DNA of 64,000 bases. Source: Sphyrna mokarran. Its lineage: Eukaryota. The number at the start of each line of letters is the position of its first letter. Positions within the stretch are counted from its first letter, which is position 1. The stretch lies in assembly GCA_024679065.1 (NCBI GenBank), contig JAGIQG010000009.1, positions 99,324,001 through 99,388,000 of the forward strand, given 5' to 3'. The notes under the pieces were generated by a model that had not been told where the DNA came from, searched no databases, and was given only the letters and a program-made list of their open reading frames with translations. The position numbers and the translations under genes are program-made. Of the stretch, positions 24,591 to 37,750 are shown piece after piece.

Positions 24591-24832
24591 TAAGAAGTCT
24601 GACAACACCAGGTTTCAGTCTAACCAAATTATTTGAGAATAAACTCACAAGCTTTCGGGGTTTGCCCTTCGTCAGGTGAATGGAGAGTTCTGGCCTACTT
24701 TCCATTCACCTAGCGAAGGACAAACCCCGAAAGCTTGTGAGTTTACTATCAAATAAATTGGTTGGACTGAAACCTGATGTTGTCAAACTTCTTACTGTGT
24801 TTACCCCAATCCAATGCCGGTATCTCCGCATA
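24591..24832. repeat. Penelope-like inverted repeat (arms of about 94 bp, 16-nt spacer)
   Basis: 24591-24684 pairs with 24701-24794. Confidence 0.8.
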
Positions 24833-25731
24833 ATGGTTCTATTACCACATAATGGTGGAGCCATAATACTTGCAACCATCGATTGGCCACGATTTTCTTT
24901 TAACGTTGCAGTAAGAGTGATTGTTTAATTTCGTGACTATCTGAAAAACTAGATCAGCTGATTCTTCCATTGTTTGCTGTCAATTTATACCCAACATTAT
25001 GGTTTCTGGAGCCCGTTCCACAAGCAGTGGTTTCTCTGAATTATTGTTGTAATCCGCTCAAAAGGAATTATTCAAAGACTTCTAAAATAGTTTTCTTATT
25101 TCTTTGCAAACAATATTTTTATCCACGTGTCATCATTGTTTTGGAAATGCAACGTGCTGGGTTTAATATAATCCTGAAATCGGTTTCAAAACATTTAGCA
25201 ACATATCGTAGAACGGTTGCTTTACAATAGGGTCCTTATCATCGCTTGCTTTGTCTCATGTGTTACGTTTCTCTGCAATTTGTATGAAGATGAGTTAGAG
25301 AGACAGTCAACACTATGACTGCTACAACAATAGAAGGATGACAAAAATTGCAAAGAGTTGGGCAATTTAGTTGTACAGATATATTTAGGATAGTGCATTT
25401 TTGTAATGAGAATAGACAGGCCAGTTGTTATTGTCAATGCATAAGCCTACGCCTGTTAATGGAATCAAAGGATTTTGGTACACAAATATCATAATCATTA
25501 ACATGCCATAGTTATCAAGGAAGCAGTCAGGCACTTGGACATATTTCCAAGGGGTCAATTTGAACATGAGGGAGGTTATGATCAATCAGCATCGAATTTG
25601 GGTTAGATGGTACTTTGAGTATGTGTTCTTCCTGACCGATTTTTGAACGAGGCTGTAAGAGATTAGAAAAGGTGCAGCAAGGTTTGTGACGAAGATACTG
25701 TGAATGAGTGGAGTGCATGTTAAAGCAGGAT

Positions 25732-26066
25732 GGGCGGTACAATGGTACCATGGTTAACGCTGCTGCCTCATAGATCCAGGAACCTGGTTTCTACTTCCAG
25801 CTTGGGAACTCTGTGCAGAGTTTTCACGTTCTCCCCGTGTCTGCATGGGTTCCTCTAAGTGCGCCGTTTTCCGCCCAAAGTCTAAAGATGTGCGGGTTTG
25901 GTGCATTGACCATACTAAATTGCCAATTAGTGTCCTGGTATGTGTAGATTAGAGGGATTAGCGGGCGAAATACGTGAGGCTACGGGGATAGGCGCTCGGT
26001 AGGATTGTTGTCGATGTATACTCGATGGGCCGAATGACCGCCTTCCTCACTGAAGGGATTCTATGA
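25732..26066 (+). mobile_element. HE1/V-SINE-type SINE, full length
   Basis: gggcggtacaatggtaccatggttaacgctgctgcctca...ctcgatgggccgaatgaccgccttcctcactgaagggattctatga. Confidence 0.85.
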
Positions 26067-26759
26067 AAAATATTTCTCCTTTCCTTAAAAGATGATGAAA
26101 ATTGTAAAATTATACCTATCTAAAATTATATATATTGCTGACTGTTTGGACACTGGTAGATTTATTCCTTTTGCAGGGACTAGCATAACTACAGCATATC
26201 AATAAAATGTGGCCGTTTTAAGTCAACAGCGTAATTGCGACTTATTGATTCAAGACTGGATGTTGCCCTGGTTCTGTAACATTTGTACAAGGACCATTTC
26301 CGTATTTGAGAAGTTGTGCAGAAGCAACGTGATTATACAAAGGGAAGCGGAAAAGTGGATGTTCGTACGAAAATCCACGATTGAAGTGAATATCTTTCAA
26401 GAAGAAACCTGGCATATATATGGGCACATACATATTTAGACTTCCAAAGATATATTTAGATGACAACAAAAAGTAATTTGCATGAACGTTAATGATAAAA
26501 TTTTGCCTGCCCACATTCCATGAATCAGTGGAAAAGCAAACAAACTTCCGTCGTGCGCAGAAGGCTAATATTACAAAACGATTCTGCTAAGTATTCCTTT
26601 TGCACCAAGGAATCTCGAAAATGCGGAGTGTACTGTGGACTCAAAAATGTTCTATATGGCTTTCCATACATCATCGATTGCCCGAACTTTAGAAGCAAAT
26701 AGGCTTTCAGAATATCTTTGAATGCAATTAGCTTGACTTGTTTTTAATGGAGTTATAAC

Positions 26760-27092
26760 CATAGAATCACAACAGAGCAGAAGAGGTCCTTCGGCCAATC
26801 GGTGCTAGGCCTACAATTTGGAGTGTGTCACCCAGGCCCGATCTCCCGCCCAATCATATAGCATGATACATTTCCTATGGCCAATCCACCTAAGCTACAC
26901 ATCCTGAGGCAATAAGAGGCTATTTGACACGGCCAATCTACTGAACCTGCACATCATTGGATTATAGGAAGGAACTGGAGCGCCTAGAGGAAATCCAGAT
27001 AGACACAGAAGAATGTCCACACAACCAGCCAATGCTGGAGTTGAGCCTTTTGGAGCTGTTAGGCAGCAAAGCTATCCACTGTGCCACCCGTG
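26760..27092 (-). mobile_element. HE1-type SINE
   Basis: catagaatc...ccttcggccaatcg...ggccaatctactgaacctgcacatc...gctatccactgtgccacc. Confidence 0.75.
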
Positions 27093-27453
27093 AACGACAA
27101 TCATACAACAGAATACTAGAATTAAGGAGATATATCAGACGATGTTGTGTTGCGAATTATTGACTAATTCTTGTAAAATGAATCCTTCTAATGTTGCTGA
27201 AAACGACCACCTATTTAATAAATTCACTTGCAGTGTGTTTAAAGCAACTATACGATTGACACATACGGCCTGATTTCTCTTGAATCATTTGCACACAAAA
27301 GAATTTGCAAATTTAATGCTTTAATTGCACATGAGTGCACGGCTGACGAGAGCTAAAATTTTGCGTACAGTTCTTAAAATAATGAATTACCTTGAATCAA
27401 TTTACTTCTACCAAAATATACCACTGATTTTTGCATATTGTCGTGAAAATTAC

Positions 27454-27477
27454 CTTTATTTTCTTTGAATGTTGTCA
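27454..27477 (-). CDS. Micro-exon 15 (24 nt): (V)TTFKENK
   Basis: ttctgctccattag|TGACAACATTCAAAGAAAATAAAG|gtaatt; counterpart of 24-nt exon 26. Confidence 0.8.
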
Positions 27478-27689
27478 CTAATGGAGCAGAATATATTCTC
27501 AATTAACGCGCAACGTGTGCCAACTTCAGGCGGAGTTTACAAATTAGCATAAGCTAGACTGCAGATTCACTCATCATTTTGTTTTTCTCAATATTTTATT
27601 ATCCCAGTAATGACTGGTATAAAATTCATATCGATAGTACTATTTCTTCAGCCATGTCTTAATGCACATTATTTCACCGTTTTTAAAGT

Positions 27690-28290
27690 TCATTTATTAG
27701 TTTCACACGTAGATTTACTAGTGTCATACGTATACTTAGCCATGTGAAATTACTGTGAAAGTCCCCTAGTCGCCACACTCCGGCGCCTGTTCGCGGTACG
27801 CTGAGAGAGAATTTAGCATGGCCAATGCATCTAATCAGCAAATCTTACGGACTGTATGAGGGAACCCGAGCACTCGGAATAACCCCATGCAGACACGGGG
27901 AGACCGGGCAGACTCAGCACAGACAAGCTTGGATAGTGAGAGCCTTTTTCCTCGGATGGTGATGACCAACACGAGGGGACATAACTTCAAATTAAGAGGT
28001 GGTAGTTATAGGACGGATGTCGGAGGCAGGTTCTTTACACAGAGGGTGGTGAGGGCATGGAATGCCCTGCCTGCAGCAGTTGTGGACTCGCCTACTTTGG
28101 GGGCATTCAAATGGTCGGTGGATAGGCATATGGATGACATTGGAATAGTTTAGGTTAGAGGGTCCACTGGCCGGCGCAACATCGAGGGCCGAAGGGCCTG
28201 TACTGCGCTATAATGTTCTAAGCTGGGAATCGAATTCAGGTACCTGGTGGTGTGATGCAGTAGTGCATACCACTGTGCCACCATGTCGCA
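27690..28290 (-). mobile_element. HE1-head SINE (alternative tail) interrupted by a LINE insertion
   Basis: tactgtgaaagtcccctagtcgccacactccggcgcctgttc...agacacggggag [insert] gggaatcgaa...ccactgtgccacc. Confidence 0.75.
27933..28219 (+). mobile_element. Young 5'-truncated CR1/HER1-like LINE with candidate 8-bp TSD
   Basis: ORF DSESLFPRMVMTNTRGHNFKLRGGSYRTDVGGRFFTQRVVRAWNALP; flanks AAGCTTGG (27925-27932) and AAGCTGGG (28220-28227). Confidence 0.85.
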
Positions 28291-28873
28291 TTTATTTTAC
28301 AGTGGCAGTTAACTGAAGATAAGCACGTTTAAGGTTCTACTTTTGAATTTAATTCTGAGTTTCCAATTGCATGAACGCATTCCTCTGTTTATCCCTCCCA
28401 TTTCTGGTGATTTGAAGCCCGCGTTTTAAGCATTCACCCTCTCAACACAGATCGCTTTTGAACAAATTTTTGATATTCTAAACCTGACAACTATTTCACT
28501 CACTAAATATCTCGCTTATGAGTGTGCCCAGGATTTCCGAATGAACCATTGACTGTTGGCTCGTTCTCAGGGATCCTCTAGTGTATGATGTTTGTTCTGC
28601 TGTTTTGAAGTTCCAAATCAAATATGATGTAGGGAATAGAGTTTTTTTTACATAGTATACCTGCCATTTGTAGCTAATCGTCCGCTATGGAGATTTACAG
28701 AGTGCCTGATATTGAATTAAATTGATAGCCATATAACTGAGTACTGGGCAGTGGGACTATTAACCTTCATGATGTAGTTAAACTCGTTTCAATGAAGAAT
28801 ACATTTTTCTTCTGTGAAAATATATTACCAATATCAACAATTATTTATGCTGTAAATCACTTCGATACTTAAC

Positions 28874-28900
28874 CGAGTTGCAAACGAAGTACATCAGCTC
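28874..28900 (-). CDS. Micro-exon 14 (27 nt): (G)ADVLRLQL
   Basis: ctgttctatttcag|GAGCTGATGTACTTCGTTTGCAACTCG|gttaag; shares its 3' end CAACTCG with exon 25. Confidence 0.8.
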
Positions 28901-29386
28901 CTGAAATAGAACAGATTAATTAACATAAAATCATCATAGTCTCAGATGGCCATTGTCAGTAACTGGTGTTGATTTAACCGGAGAGTCATCACATCTCAGA
29001 CGAAGGATAAGCGTGAAAAGACGGGCCGTCATGAATAATTGCAACCGGTATGAGAATGTGAATCCGAACTGTTGGCGACGCTCTGAAAAACTAACCAGTT
29101 CTCTCGTCGAGAGTCAAACTGAGCAGACCTAAACCGAGCAGAGTAGGACGCAAGACGACTGAAATAATGTGACAATTTTTCGCTGAAACATTACCAGAAG
29201 TGTTTTTGCATCAATCATGTTAGCTTAAATATTCTCATACATGACGTCAGTTTTATCATATCGGACGTTTCTCTTGTTGCATGAAAAACAATGCAAAATA
29301 CTCAACTTCAACAGCAAGTAGTTGAATAAAAAGGGTAGATAAACGGTGATAAGCGACTTCCTTCTTGATAGATGTAACTTTCTTAC

Positions 29387-29404
29387 CATACGAAGATTGC
29401 TTCA
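29387..29404 (-). CDS. Micro-exon 13 (18 nt): (V)KQSSY
   Basis: ttcccctttttggttttcag|TGAAGCAATCTTCGTATG|gtaaga. Confidence 0.8.
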
Positions 29405-31164
29405 CTGAAAACCAAAAAGGGGAAAATTCGATCAATAAAGCCATATCCTAACAAAATTCAGCACCGAGGATTATTTTTCAAAACACTTCTTGCAAGTTAT
29501 TGAGTGTATCCTAGTTCTCCGTCCAACAATGAAACATTAGTACGATCTTCGAAAAATATTTGTTGCAAGCGGTAGAAGATTTTTTCCCCTTGCAACAAAC
29601 CTTTTGTTTTTACGGACGTAGATTGATTCAGGCTTCCAGCAAGATACTTGCATAACACCTGTACCAATTGAATTTTCATGATTTGCAGTCCGAAGGCATC
29701 GAATTCATATTACTCGAAATAATGTTTCACTCCAATTATCGCAATCGCCCCTTTTGAGGATTGGTATCACTCTAATTTTGGAAACACAATGAGCTCCTCT
29801 TATTGCTAAGCACTTAATATCAAACGTTTATCCTGAAAATCGACCAGGCATATTAGTGTTGAAGAGCTGCCTTACGTTGTTTCTGGATTCTAATTTTTTG
29901 ATCAGATTATATTTACTAAGCATAATTTACATTTTAAAATATGATTATTATGAGTATTTTAAATTGTAACGATGTTAGGTATTTGATGAATGTTATACAG
30001 TTGAGCAGCGAATTACTGATGTGGTCTTCGGAGCATTTGATAGACCAAAGGCCGTTCTCACAGGATTCTCCTCATTCGTCTGGCAATCCTTTGATATATA
30101 TATGAAACAATTTCGAATTCCCTAAGCTGTGAGTCGCTTTGGTCCCCATTCAAGCAATTGTTAAATAAAGAATTAAAAATTATTACAGAATTTCTGTTTC
30201 TCATTTCATGCTCTGATGAAGGTTCAGCTGGATTGGAATATTAACTCTATATGTTCTCCACAGCTGTTGTCGTACCTGATGCCAACATCCGCAGTATTTT
30301 TCTTCGACCTTTGGAATTTTCATTACCTTACTTGTTGCAGAACTGATTTTTTTACAGAGGAGACCTCTTGACGCATCTTTTCGTCTTGAAATCACCAGAA
30401 TAGTTGCCAGATGGCCAAATTTCGATGGCAGAATAATTCTTCATGAAAAATTATGTTTGATAATTGTCAAATTGGCAGTGCTTGATCAAAGAATTACCTA
30501 GGGGGAAGCATCAGGGAGATGTGTACCTATTATTGTGTCTGGATCAAAATGGACTCAAGTCCTGCTGAGATCAGTTCCCTGCATAGGATGACATTTAGTT
30601 TCTAGCATTTGTAAATGTGCCTCAGAACAAGCTCAAATGTATATCGTAAATTGGACCCTAGTGCAGTTCTTGGCGCAGTCATTGATAGTTGACTATGTAG
30701 TGCCAAAACGCTTATTCACAGTCAATATATCGTTTGGTTTTCTAAGTACTGCCTTGTTGATTATGGTCAGTTTCCAGCCGATTGCAAACAACCAAAGGGA
30801 GATGCTATTTGAGATTATCAACCAATGGTTGGGCCAAGTGATCCAACTGCCTGGTATCGCGCCAGCACTGAAGTTCACGTACCACATTATTACATTTTCA
30901 TACATCAATCTATTAGAAAAAGAATTTTATGTCTCAACAGCACATTTGCAACTGTTTTCCATCATCTCATCCTGGCGTTTAACTTAAATGTGCTTCGTCT
31001 AGAAAGGAATGATAGTTAACGCCGTGGCATAGTTTAAGAGTTTGCCTGGTAAACAGAAGATTCTTAATTCAAATCTCAACGGTGCGTCGGTAAACTTGGC
31101 CAATGTATGAACTTTAACTCAAGACCACCTAAAAAGAGTTGGCAACAATGTAATCTTAAGACAA

Positions 31165-31462
31165 CGTGTGGCACAGTTTTGAGCGCTGCTGCTGCTTCTG
31201 AGCGCCACGGACCCATGTTTGATTCCGACTTAGGTCATTATCTGTGCGGAGTCTGCACCTTTTCCCAATGTCTTCGTGGTTTTCCTTTGGGTGCTGCAGT
31301 TTCCTCCCAAAATTCGAAAGGTGTGCTGGTTAGGTGGAATGGCCATGCAAAATTCTCCCTCAGCGCCCGAACAGGCGCCGATGTGAGGCGACCAAGGGAT
31401 TTTAACAGTAACTTCATTCGAATGTTAATGGAAGCCTACTTATAACATCACTGAATAAACTG
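31165..31462 (+). mobile_element. HE1-head SINE with alternative tail
   Basis: gtggcacagttttgagcgctgctgctg...ccgaacaggcgccgatgtgaggcgaccaagggattttaacagtaacttcatt. Confidence 0.8.
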
Positions 31463-32194
31463 AATAGTGTTTTATTTTTAGACTCCACCAAAATTTTACA
31501 ATGTATATACGTTTATATTCAGTCCTTGAACATCCCTGCATAATGAAGAACTGAAAATTATTTAGGGTACTTCCACTTAACCGAACTCCAAAACTCTGGA
31601 CAATTCATATGAAGCTTTTTTCTACCACGTTTGAGGCATTAAGAATCTTCTTAAACAAAGGTCAATACAGGACAGATATAGTTGTTGGCTGGTCCAAGGG
31701 TGTGAGGATGACATTTATTCGTGCTCGTCAGTTTCTGCCACTGACTTTCCTGTGGCTGAAAATGTCGATTCTGGAGTTGCAAATGCTTGGGCATATGGCA
31801 TTTTGCGATAGTGGGATCCAGAATGCAACACTTCTGTCCGTGTATGGCATTCCCTGCTATTGCCGTCTAATCCGTTCAGACATTTAGACTAAAATTATGA
31901 TCCATCATGATTTACAAGTTGTCATCTTTCTGAACAATTGGCATCAGCCTCCTCCCCAGCATTGATGTGAATACTGCTGTGATTCAAGTGGAACTTTACG
32001 GTGGTTTTGAAATAGTTTCTTTCCCTTCCTTGGGCTGCACGGAACTGACGACGAGTACACATTTTCGCAATGCCAGGAAATTGTCCAGTCGATTGCAACT
32101 GATGTTGCCGTCGTCTAATCTGAATGTTTGTGGAGCTGGTTTCAGGATTGATAGGGTCAGCAGCATTTATTCAACATTCCTCTGATTGGATCTA

Positions 32195-32330
32195 GATATG
32201 ATGTAGAGGTACTGGCGTTGGATTGGGTTCCACACACCTGATGAAAGAACACCATTTCCGAAAGCTTGTGGGATCGCTATCAAATAAATTGGTTGGACTT
32301 AAACCTTGTGTTGTGAGACTTCTTACTGGA
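32195..32330 (+). mobile_element. Penelope-like terminal fragment
   Basis: cacctgatgaaag...ccgaaagcttgtg...tcaaataaattggttggacttaaacc...gttgtgagacttcttac, same motif as 24701-24794. Confidence 0.65.
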
Positions 32331-33762
32331 TCTCGATATGACAGTGGCGTTGCTGTTGCAATTTCTTTGGAATCTTGTATACATTTCAGACACATTGAAC
32401 AGGTCTCCCTGAAGTACAGTAATAATGGTGACGAAAAGTGTTTTTTACACTATGGTTTCTGGTTTCTGGAGATCTTCGATGTCACATACTTGCTTCAATG
32501 TAGAAACTCCCATAGTTTCCAAGTACCAGATCAATATTATTTACCAAATCACAAGAATAGCAATGTTGGTCTCTAGGTTACCCTCCAATTCATGTTTAAA
32601 TGCTTTGTAATTTGATTTTTCCAATCATTAAGCTTTTACTTCATCGTTTTTCTTTCTTGCAAATGTTCCTCTTTTTCATAGAAGTCAAAATTTTTCCAGT
32701 TCTTTCGAATTCATGTAATAACCACCTCTGTAATTCTCTTCTGATAGCATCTTTCCTTCAATCTGAATTCCACAGACATGGTCTTACCCAAAATGTCGCA
32801 CTTCTCCAAAAGATCCTTATCTCTCCTGACGATAGTCTTGATAATGGGCATTCACCAGCATTACCCATTAACAAACGTTCAATGCCAATTCTGTGCTTGA
32901 ATGGCCGAATATGGACAATCAGTTACGTTGAGCATCAGAAAAGCTGCAGCAAACCTGGTCTCCTATTTTTATACTCAGAGCTTTACTTTAGTACGAGGGT
33001 AACGTTTGTAGCTTTCCATTTGCCTCGGAATATTGTTAGTTATAACAAGATTATGTTTGAACCGTGATTTTCTTTAGCCGCACCATTGAGTGTATTGCAC
33101 TTGGATTATTTTTTATATTTATTTTGGTTAACCTTGAAATCTGGAGGGTTAGTTTCACTGCCCTGTCCTCATCTCGAAAAGAAGAATGCAAAATGCAAGC
33201 TTTGAACTGGTGCAATACTGTCATTTTGCGCCAACAACCCAGGAAAGTTTATATTCAATGACGAATGAAGAATCTGTTAGGTATACGATGACGTTCAATT
33301 ATATACAAGATATTACTTTTTCTTGCAAAGATTGAATTATAAAATTACCCAGGCCAGGTCTGCTCTCACTGTGCTTAAACTGGCCGCCCACTGATTAAGC
33401 ACTATAAGTTATGGCCGTGCTTCTTGACTGCAGGTAAATCAGCTGACTGCAACTAAACCAAATCTTACTTTACTGTGAGTATTTTTCCCTAATATGAGAC
33501 TATATACAATTGACTACCTAACGACCTAATCGACGGGAACGACATCAAACAATTTCCCCTTGCATGTTGAATATCTGAGCACACGATCAAGTGAATACTA
33601 TGTAATACACGTTGAAACTTCTAAAAACTCTCCACTCATTACAGCACTGTAATAACTCATTTTGAATACACTTTACGTAACGTACTCACAAAGTCCTCAA
33701 TATTGTGGAATTATTAAAACTCTAATAAGCTCTCCCTTTCGCCAATTTCCTTCTATACTTAC

Positions 33763-33789
33763 CGTTGGATGAAGAACCTTCCGATGAAT
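33763..33789 (-). CDS. Micro-exon 12 (27 nt): (D)SSEGSSSN
   Basis: actattttattgaag|ATTCATCGGAAGGTTCTTCATCCAACG|gtaagt; consensus donor, GAAG acceptor; Ser-rich linker. Confidence 0.72.
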
Positions 33790-34576
33790 CTTCAATAAAA
33801 TAGTAATTGATTATAATCGATGAAATATCAAAGTCTTAGTTATAGTAAAATATTATCAATTAATGGGGTATATCAATGGCGTGACATATTTCTCTTTGAT
33901 TGCACAACGATTAGTCCGTCTTCATAATAGGTGAATGCTAAGTCAAACAGGGATAAAGCATGACAGAGGGGTACAGTGATGCTTAGACGTTGTATTCCCC
34001 TTTTTAAAAAATGTGGTGATGTGCTCGATCCAAGATAATTAACATATGGCTGAATTTGCTCACTCCAGCATTTTAAAGTCGATTCTATTGCAGAATGTTT
34101 AACTCCCGTTCCCTTGGAAGCAATGACCTGGGCTGGCATTCTCTGGCAGGTAGGAAGTGCACATATAATGTTGCCCATCATGATTACTCGAAAGACGTTT
34201 GCTTAAACTTGCACCTGCATTCAAACGTGCTGACATTTTTCTTGTTTCGTGGTCGTCTTTCATTATTCATTGATATTTTCTGCTAACAACGTTAAAATTT
34301 CCTCGTTAATCTCACGTGACCGTGCGTTTTCTGAAATTCTGCAGTCAATTTGGGTGGTATTATATAAGTGGATTCTCCCGGCTCACAGTGCATTTTACTT
34401 GTATTTGAGTAGAGAGTTGCTTTTCTTGCCTACAGTGAATGTATTCATAAACCAATTGACTCTTTGAATGATACGGATGCTTAAGAAAGTTGTTTTACTC
34501 CAAATACCTCCAATGCTAATAATGCTGGGTTATCCGTTTCTGGATAGGATTTGGGAACAAATCTGCCTCCAAACTC

Positions 34577-34656
34577 AAGTTATGAATTGCAATCGCCTCA
34601 AACTTTTTAGTTTGTGAAGTTATGAATTGCAATCGCCTCAAACTTTTTAGTTTGTG
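34577..34656. repeat. Perfect 40-bp tandem duplication
   Basis: aagttatgaattgcaatcgcctcaaactttttagtttgtg x2. Confidence 0.95.
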
Positions 34657-35469
34657 TGGCGCATTGGTGTTTTGTTAGGCTAGGGTGGTGTGCCATTAAG
34701 AACATTGCTTGTCCGCTTTCTCATAGAGCGTTTGCAGTCAACGGCTGAACCCCAATGTGTGAATCTGAAACTTCAAACAAGATCCAGAATATTTTTGACA
34801 AATGGAGTAACTCCATCGCTTTATAAATATGAGTCTCACCCGTGCAATTACTTCATCAGCTCCGGCGTAATTTTATGATGTGATGGGAAGTAATTCAACA
34901 AAGTCACTTATTTTTACCCCTGCATTCGTATTTTTAATCACTTAGGCGTTCCTTTCCTCACCTGTTCATTTGTACTTTCTCTGGTCTGGCAAAAACCACT
35001 GCGAATATCAGCGTTTTGCACTGTTTCAACACCATTTATTGATTTGGCTGTTGAGTTTTATCTTGCTTTGAGCATGCTGCTTATGAATTATCGCCTCCTT
35101 TCCTCATTTCTGTTACTGTCACTTCTCATGCTCTCATGTTGTTTATGTTGTTCAAAGACCTTTGTTTCCAAACACAAGTCCTAACTATTCCGGAAATCTC
35201 TCTGAAAGCCAATGCCTTTTAAACTTATTGATTTGGACATTGTATGAATATATCGAAATGGTTCTAATTTAATGATAACTACGTAGGGAATATGGCAGTC
35301 TAATGAAATTTAATAATTCATATAAACCAATCTATGTAATGTAGTTTCCGAATACTGAAACATTCATGAGGGACTGAAATGTTGAATCAGCGTTCGTGAA
35401 AATAAAAAGCAAGGATCAAAACCTTTTCAAGACTTCTGAAGTAGGGCATAACATAAATAAATAATAACG

Positions 35470-37750
35470 GTTCGTAAGAAGGATGCGACAGTAACTGGGT
35501 GATTTTAGCAAACATATCGACAAGATCAGTCAACTTGGCAAGGATAACCTTAAGGAAGGTTCGTAGAATTTATAGCGGATTATTTCTTAGAGCAACATGC
35601 GATGGAGCCAACCAGAAAACTGGTTACTTCAGATTTGTTATTACGTGACGCTGAAGGATTTATAAACAGTCTTGTCGCTAAGCATCCTCTTGAAGGAGTG
35701 AGCGCAGTATGTTAGAGTTTCACATTTGGATTGCAGGAGTGAAGACAGAATCAGATAAAAGGGCTTTCGTGTTTGGGCAAAGACAAATAGGCCTGAGGAA
35801 GGAGTTGGCCCTCGTGGATTGGGTAAACGTATTAAAGCCCTTGGAAGTTCAAGAGCAGTAGAAAATGTTTGTGGGAGATACTAACTATCTCTCAGTTTAA
35901 GTATATTCCTGAGAGGGAAAGGACATGAATGAAGGTGAAAAACATCCAGGGCTTAACAAGGAAGTCAAGGATAAAGTAAAGTTCCAAATTCGGTCCTAAT
36001 ATACAACAAAAATTGGTGGGATTTTGGACGATTGGGACAATATGCAACATCAGCAAATAATTACTAAAAACAAAACATAAAGATCCAGGATGAACTACGA
36101 AAGGAAACTATCAGAAAATATAAGCATCGATTCCAGAAAATTCTATAAGCATATAAAAAGAGAACAGTGAAAGTATATGTTACCATTTAGAGGACGATAC
36201 TGGCGAGATAATAACTGGAAACTCAGAAATAGTAGAGATACTAAACTTTTTATCTGTATTCACTCTATATTCTGGCGCAGCGACAATGCCATTGCACTGG
36301 TGATTCAGACAGGTTGCTCAGAGGAACGGGAGTTCAAAACCCGCCAAAACAGTGGGTGGAGTTTATATTCAATTAATTATTTTAGAGTGGTACGGTGGCA
36401 CAATTGGTTAGCACTCCTACCTCACCAGTCTCTATTCACTGTGGGAACTTCGACCGATTTCTCGTTGTCTGCGTCTGTTTCCTCCGAGAGTTCCAATTTT
36501 CTCTCACAGTCGAAAGATGTGAAGGTTGGGTTGATTGACCATGCTGAATCGTCCATTATTTTCAGGAGGATTCAGTGCAGTAAATATATGGGGTTATGAG
36601 GATAGGGTTGGGTAGAATTGTTGTTGGTGCAGGCTCAAAGGGTTAAGAGGCCTCCTTCTAAACTACAGTAATACTGCGAAGAAACAAGAGAGACGAAAAG
36701 TTGGAAAATATAAGCTAAGTGGTTCGACCTCTATGGTGGGGAAATTGCTACTGTTTAACATTAAAGATGAGATAACTGAACAGCTAGAAAAAACAATTCA
36801 TCAGTGTCAGCAAGACTTACTGAAGTTTAAGCAGTACTTGACAAACTTGCATAAGATCTTTGAAGGTGGAATAAGAAATGTGGATTACGGGCATCCTGTG
36901 ATTGTGGTATAACTACGCTTTCATAAGTCATTTAACACACAAAAAAAACTGATCCAGGAGATTAGATACCATGGAGTTTGAGGTAGAATGTCGGTTTGGA
37001 TATTGGATTGGCGAACTGTAACCAAAGGGATGCTGCAGGATTGAGTTCTCTCGCTTGAACAGTTTGCAAACTATATAAATGAGCTGCAAGTGGTGACAGA
37101 GTGTAACTTGGTAAAAGTCGGGAGTGGTACTAAAATAGGTAGGACAGAAGACTGTGATGAGGACGAAAGGAGTTTACAGATGGATGATAGCCTAGAAGAA
37201 TGGGCCTGAATCTGGCAGATGAACTGTAATGTTGATAAGTGCGTGTTTATCCATTTTGGCAGGAAAGAAAATGAAAAGACAAATTATTATTTAAATGAGA
37301 AGCATATTGAAAGTGTAACAGGGCCCAGGGATACATGTGTCCTTGTGTTTGATTCGCAGAATTTGGGTATGCAGTTGCAGCATATAACAAGAAAGGCGAA
37401 TGGGATCTTGATATTTATTGCGAATATTAAAGGTAAAGAAGTGCTGTTACAAACTTATAAAGTGTTGCGGAGGCAGGATGTGGAGTATTGTGTCCAATTT
37501 TGATCTCCTTTATTGAGGACGGATGTGGTGGCGCAGTTTAAGGAAGGTTCAGCATATTGATACCAGGGATGGAAGTGTTATAGTACGAAAAGTGATTGAA
37601 TAGGTTGGGCTAGTACTCGCTAGAGTTCAGAAGCCGAGGTGGGGGGAGGGGTTGCTATCACATTGAGGTATATAAAATGCTAAAAGGGATTGAAAGGCGG
37701 ATGTTCAACAGATGTTCCCCCTTGTGGGATAATTTAGAACAAGAAGCGTA
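35470..37750 (+). mobile_element. Degraded CR1-like LINE ORF2, with an HE1 SINE inserted at about 36385-36670
   Basis: ORF 37219..37503 MNCNVDKCVFIHFGRKENEK...RKANGILIFI...VEYCVQF. Confidence 0.75.

Noticed and set aside
29241-29270. 30-nt unit (E)TSDMIKLTS between exons 13 and 14
   Set aside because: Weak acceptor; its terminal T joined to GA of exon 14 creates a TGA stop.
29601-29658. 58-nt exon-like unit (VMQVSCWKPESIYVRKNK)
   Set aside because: Length and phase are incompatible with the phase-1 series; weak gtttgt donor.
30637-33261. Longer hydrophobic ORFs (30637..30987, 32600..33067) as a TM or Ig exon
   Set aside because: No recognisable domain motif or compatible splice phases; the 32.6-kb ORF is antisense to a decayed LINE-like end.
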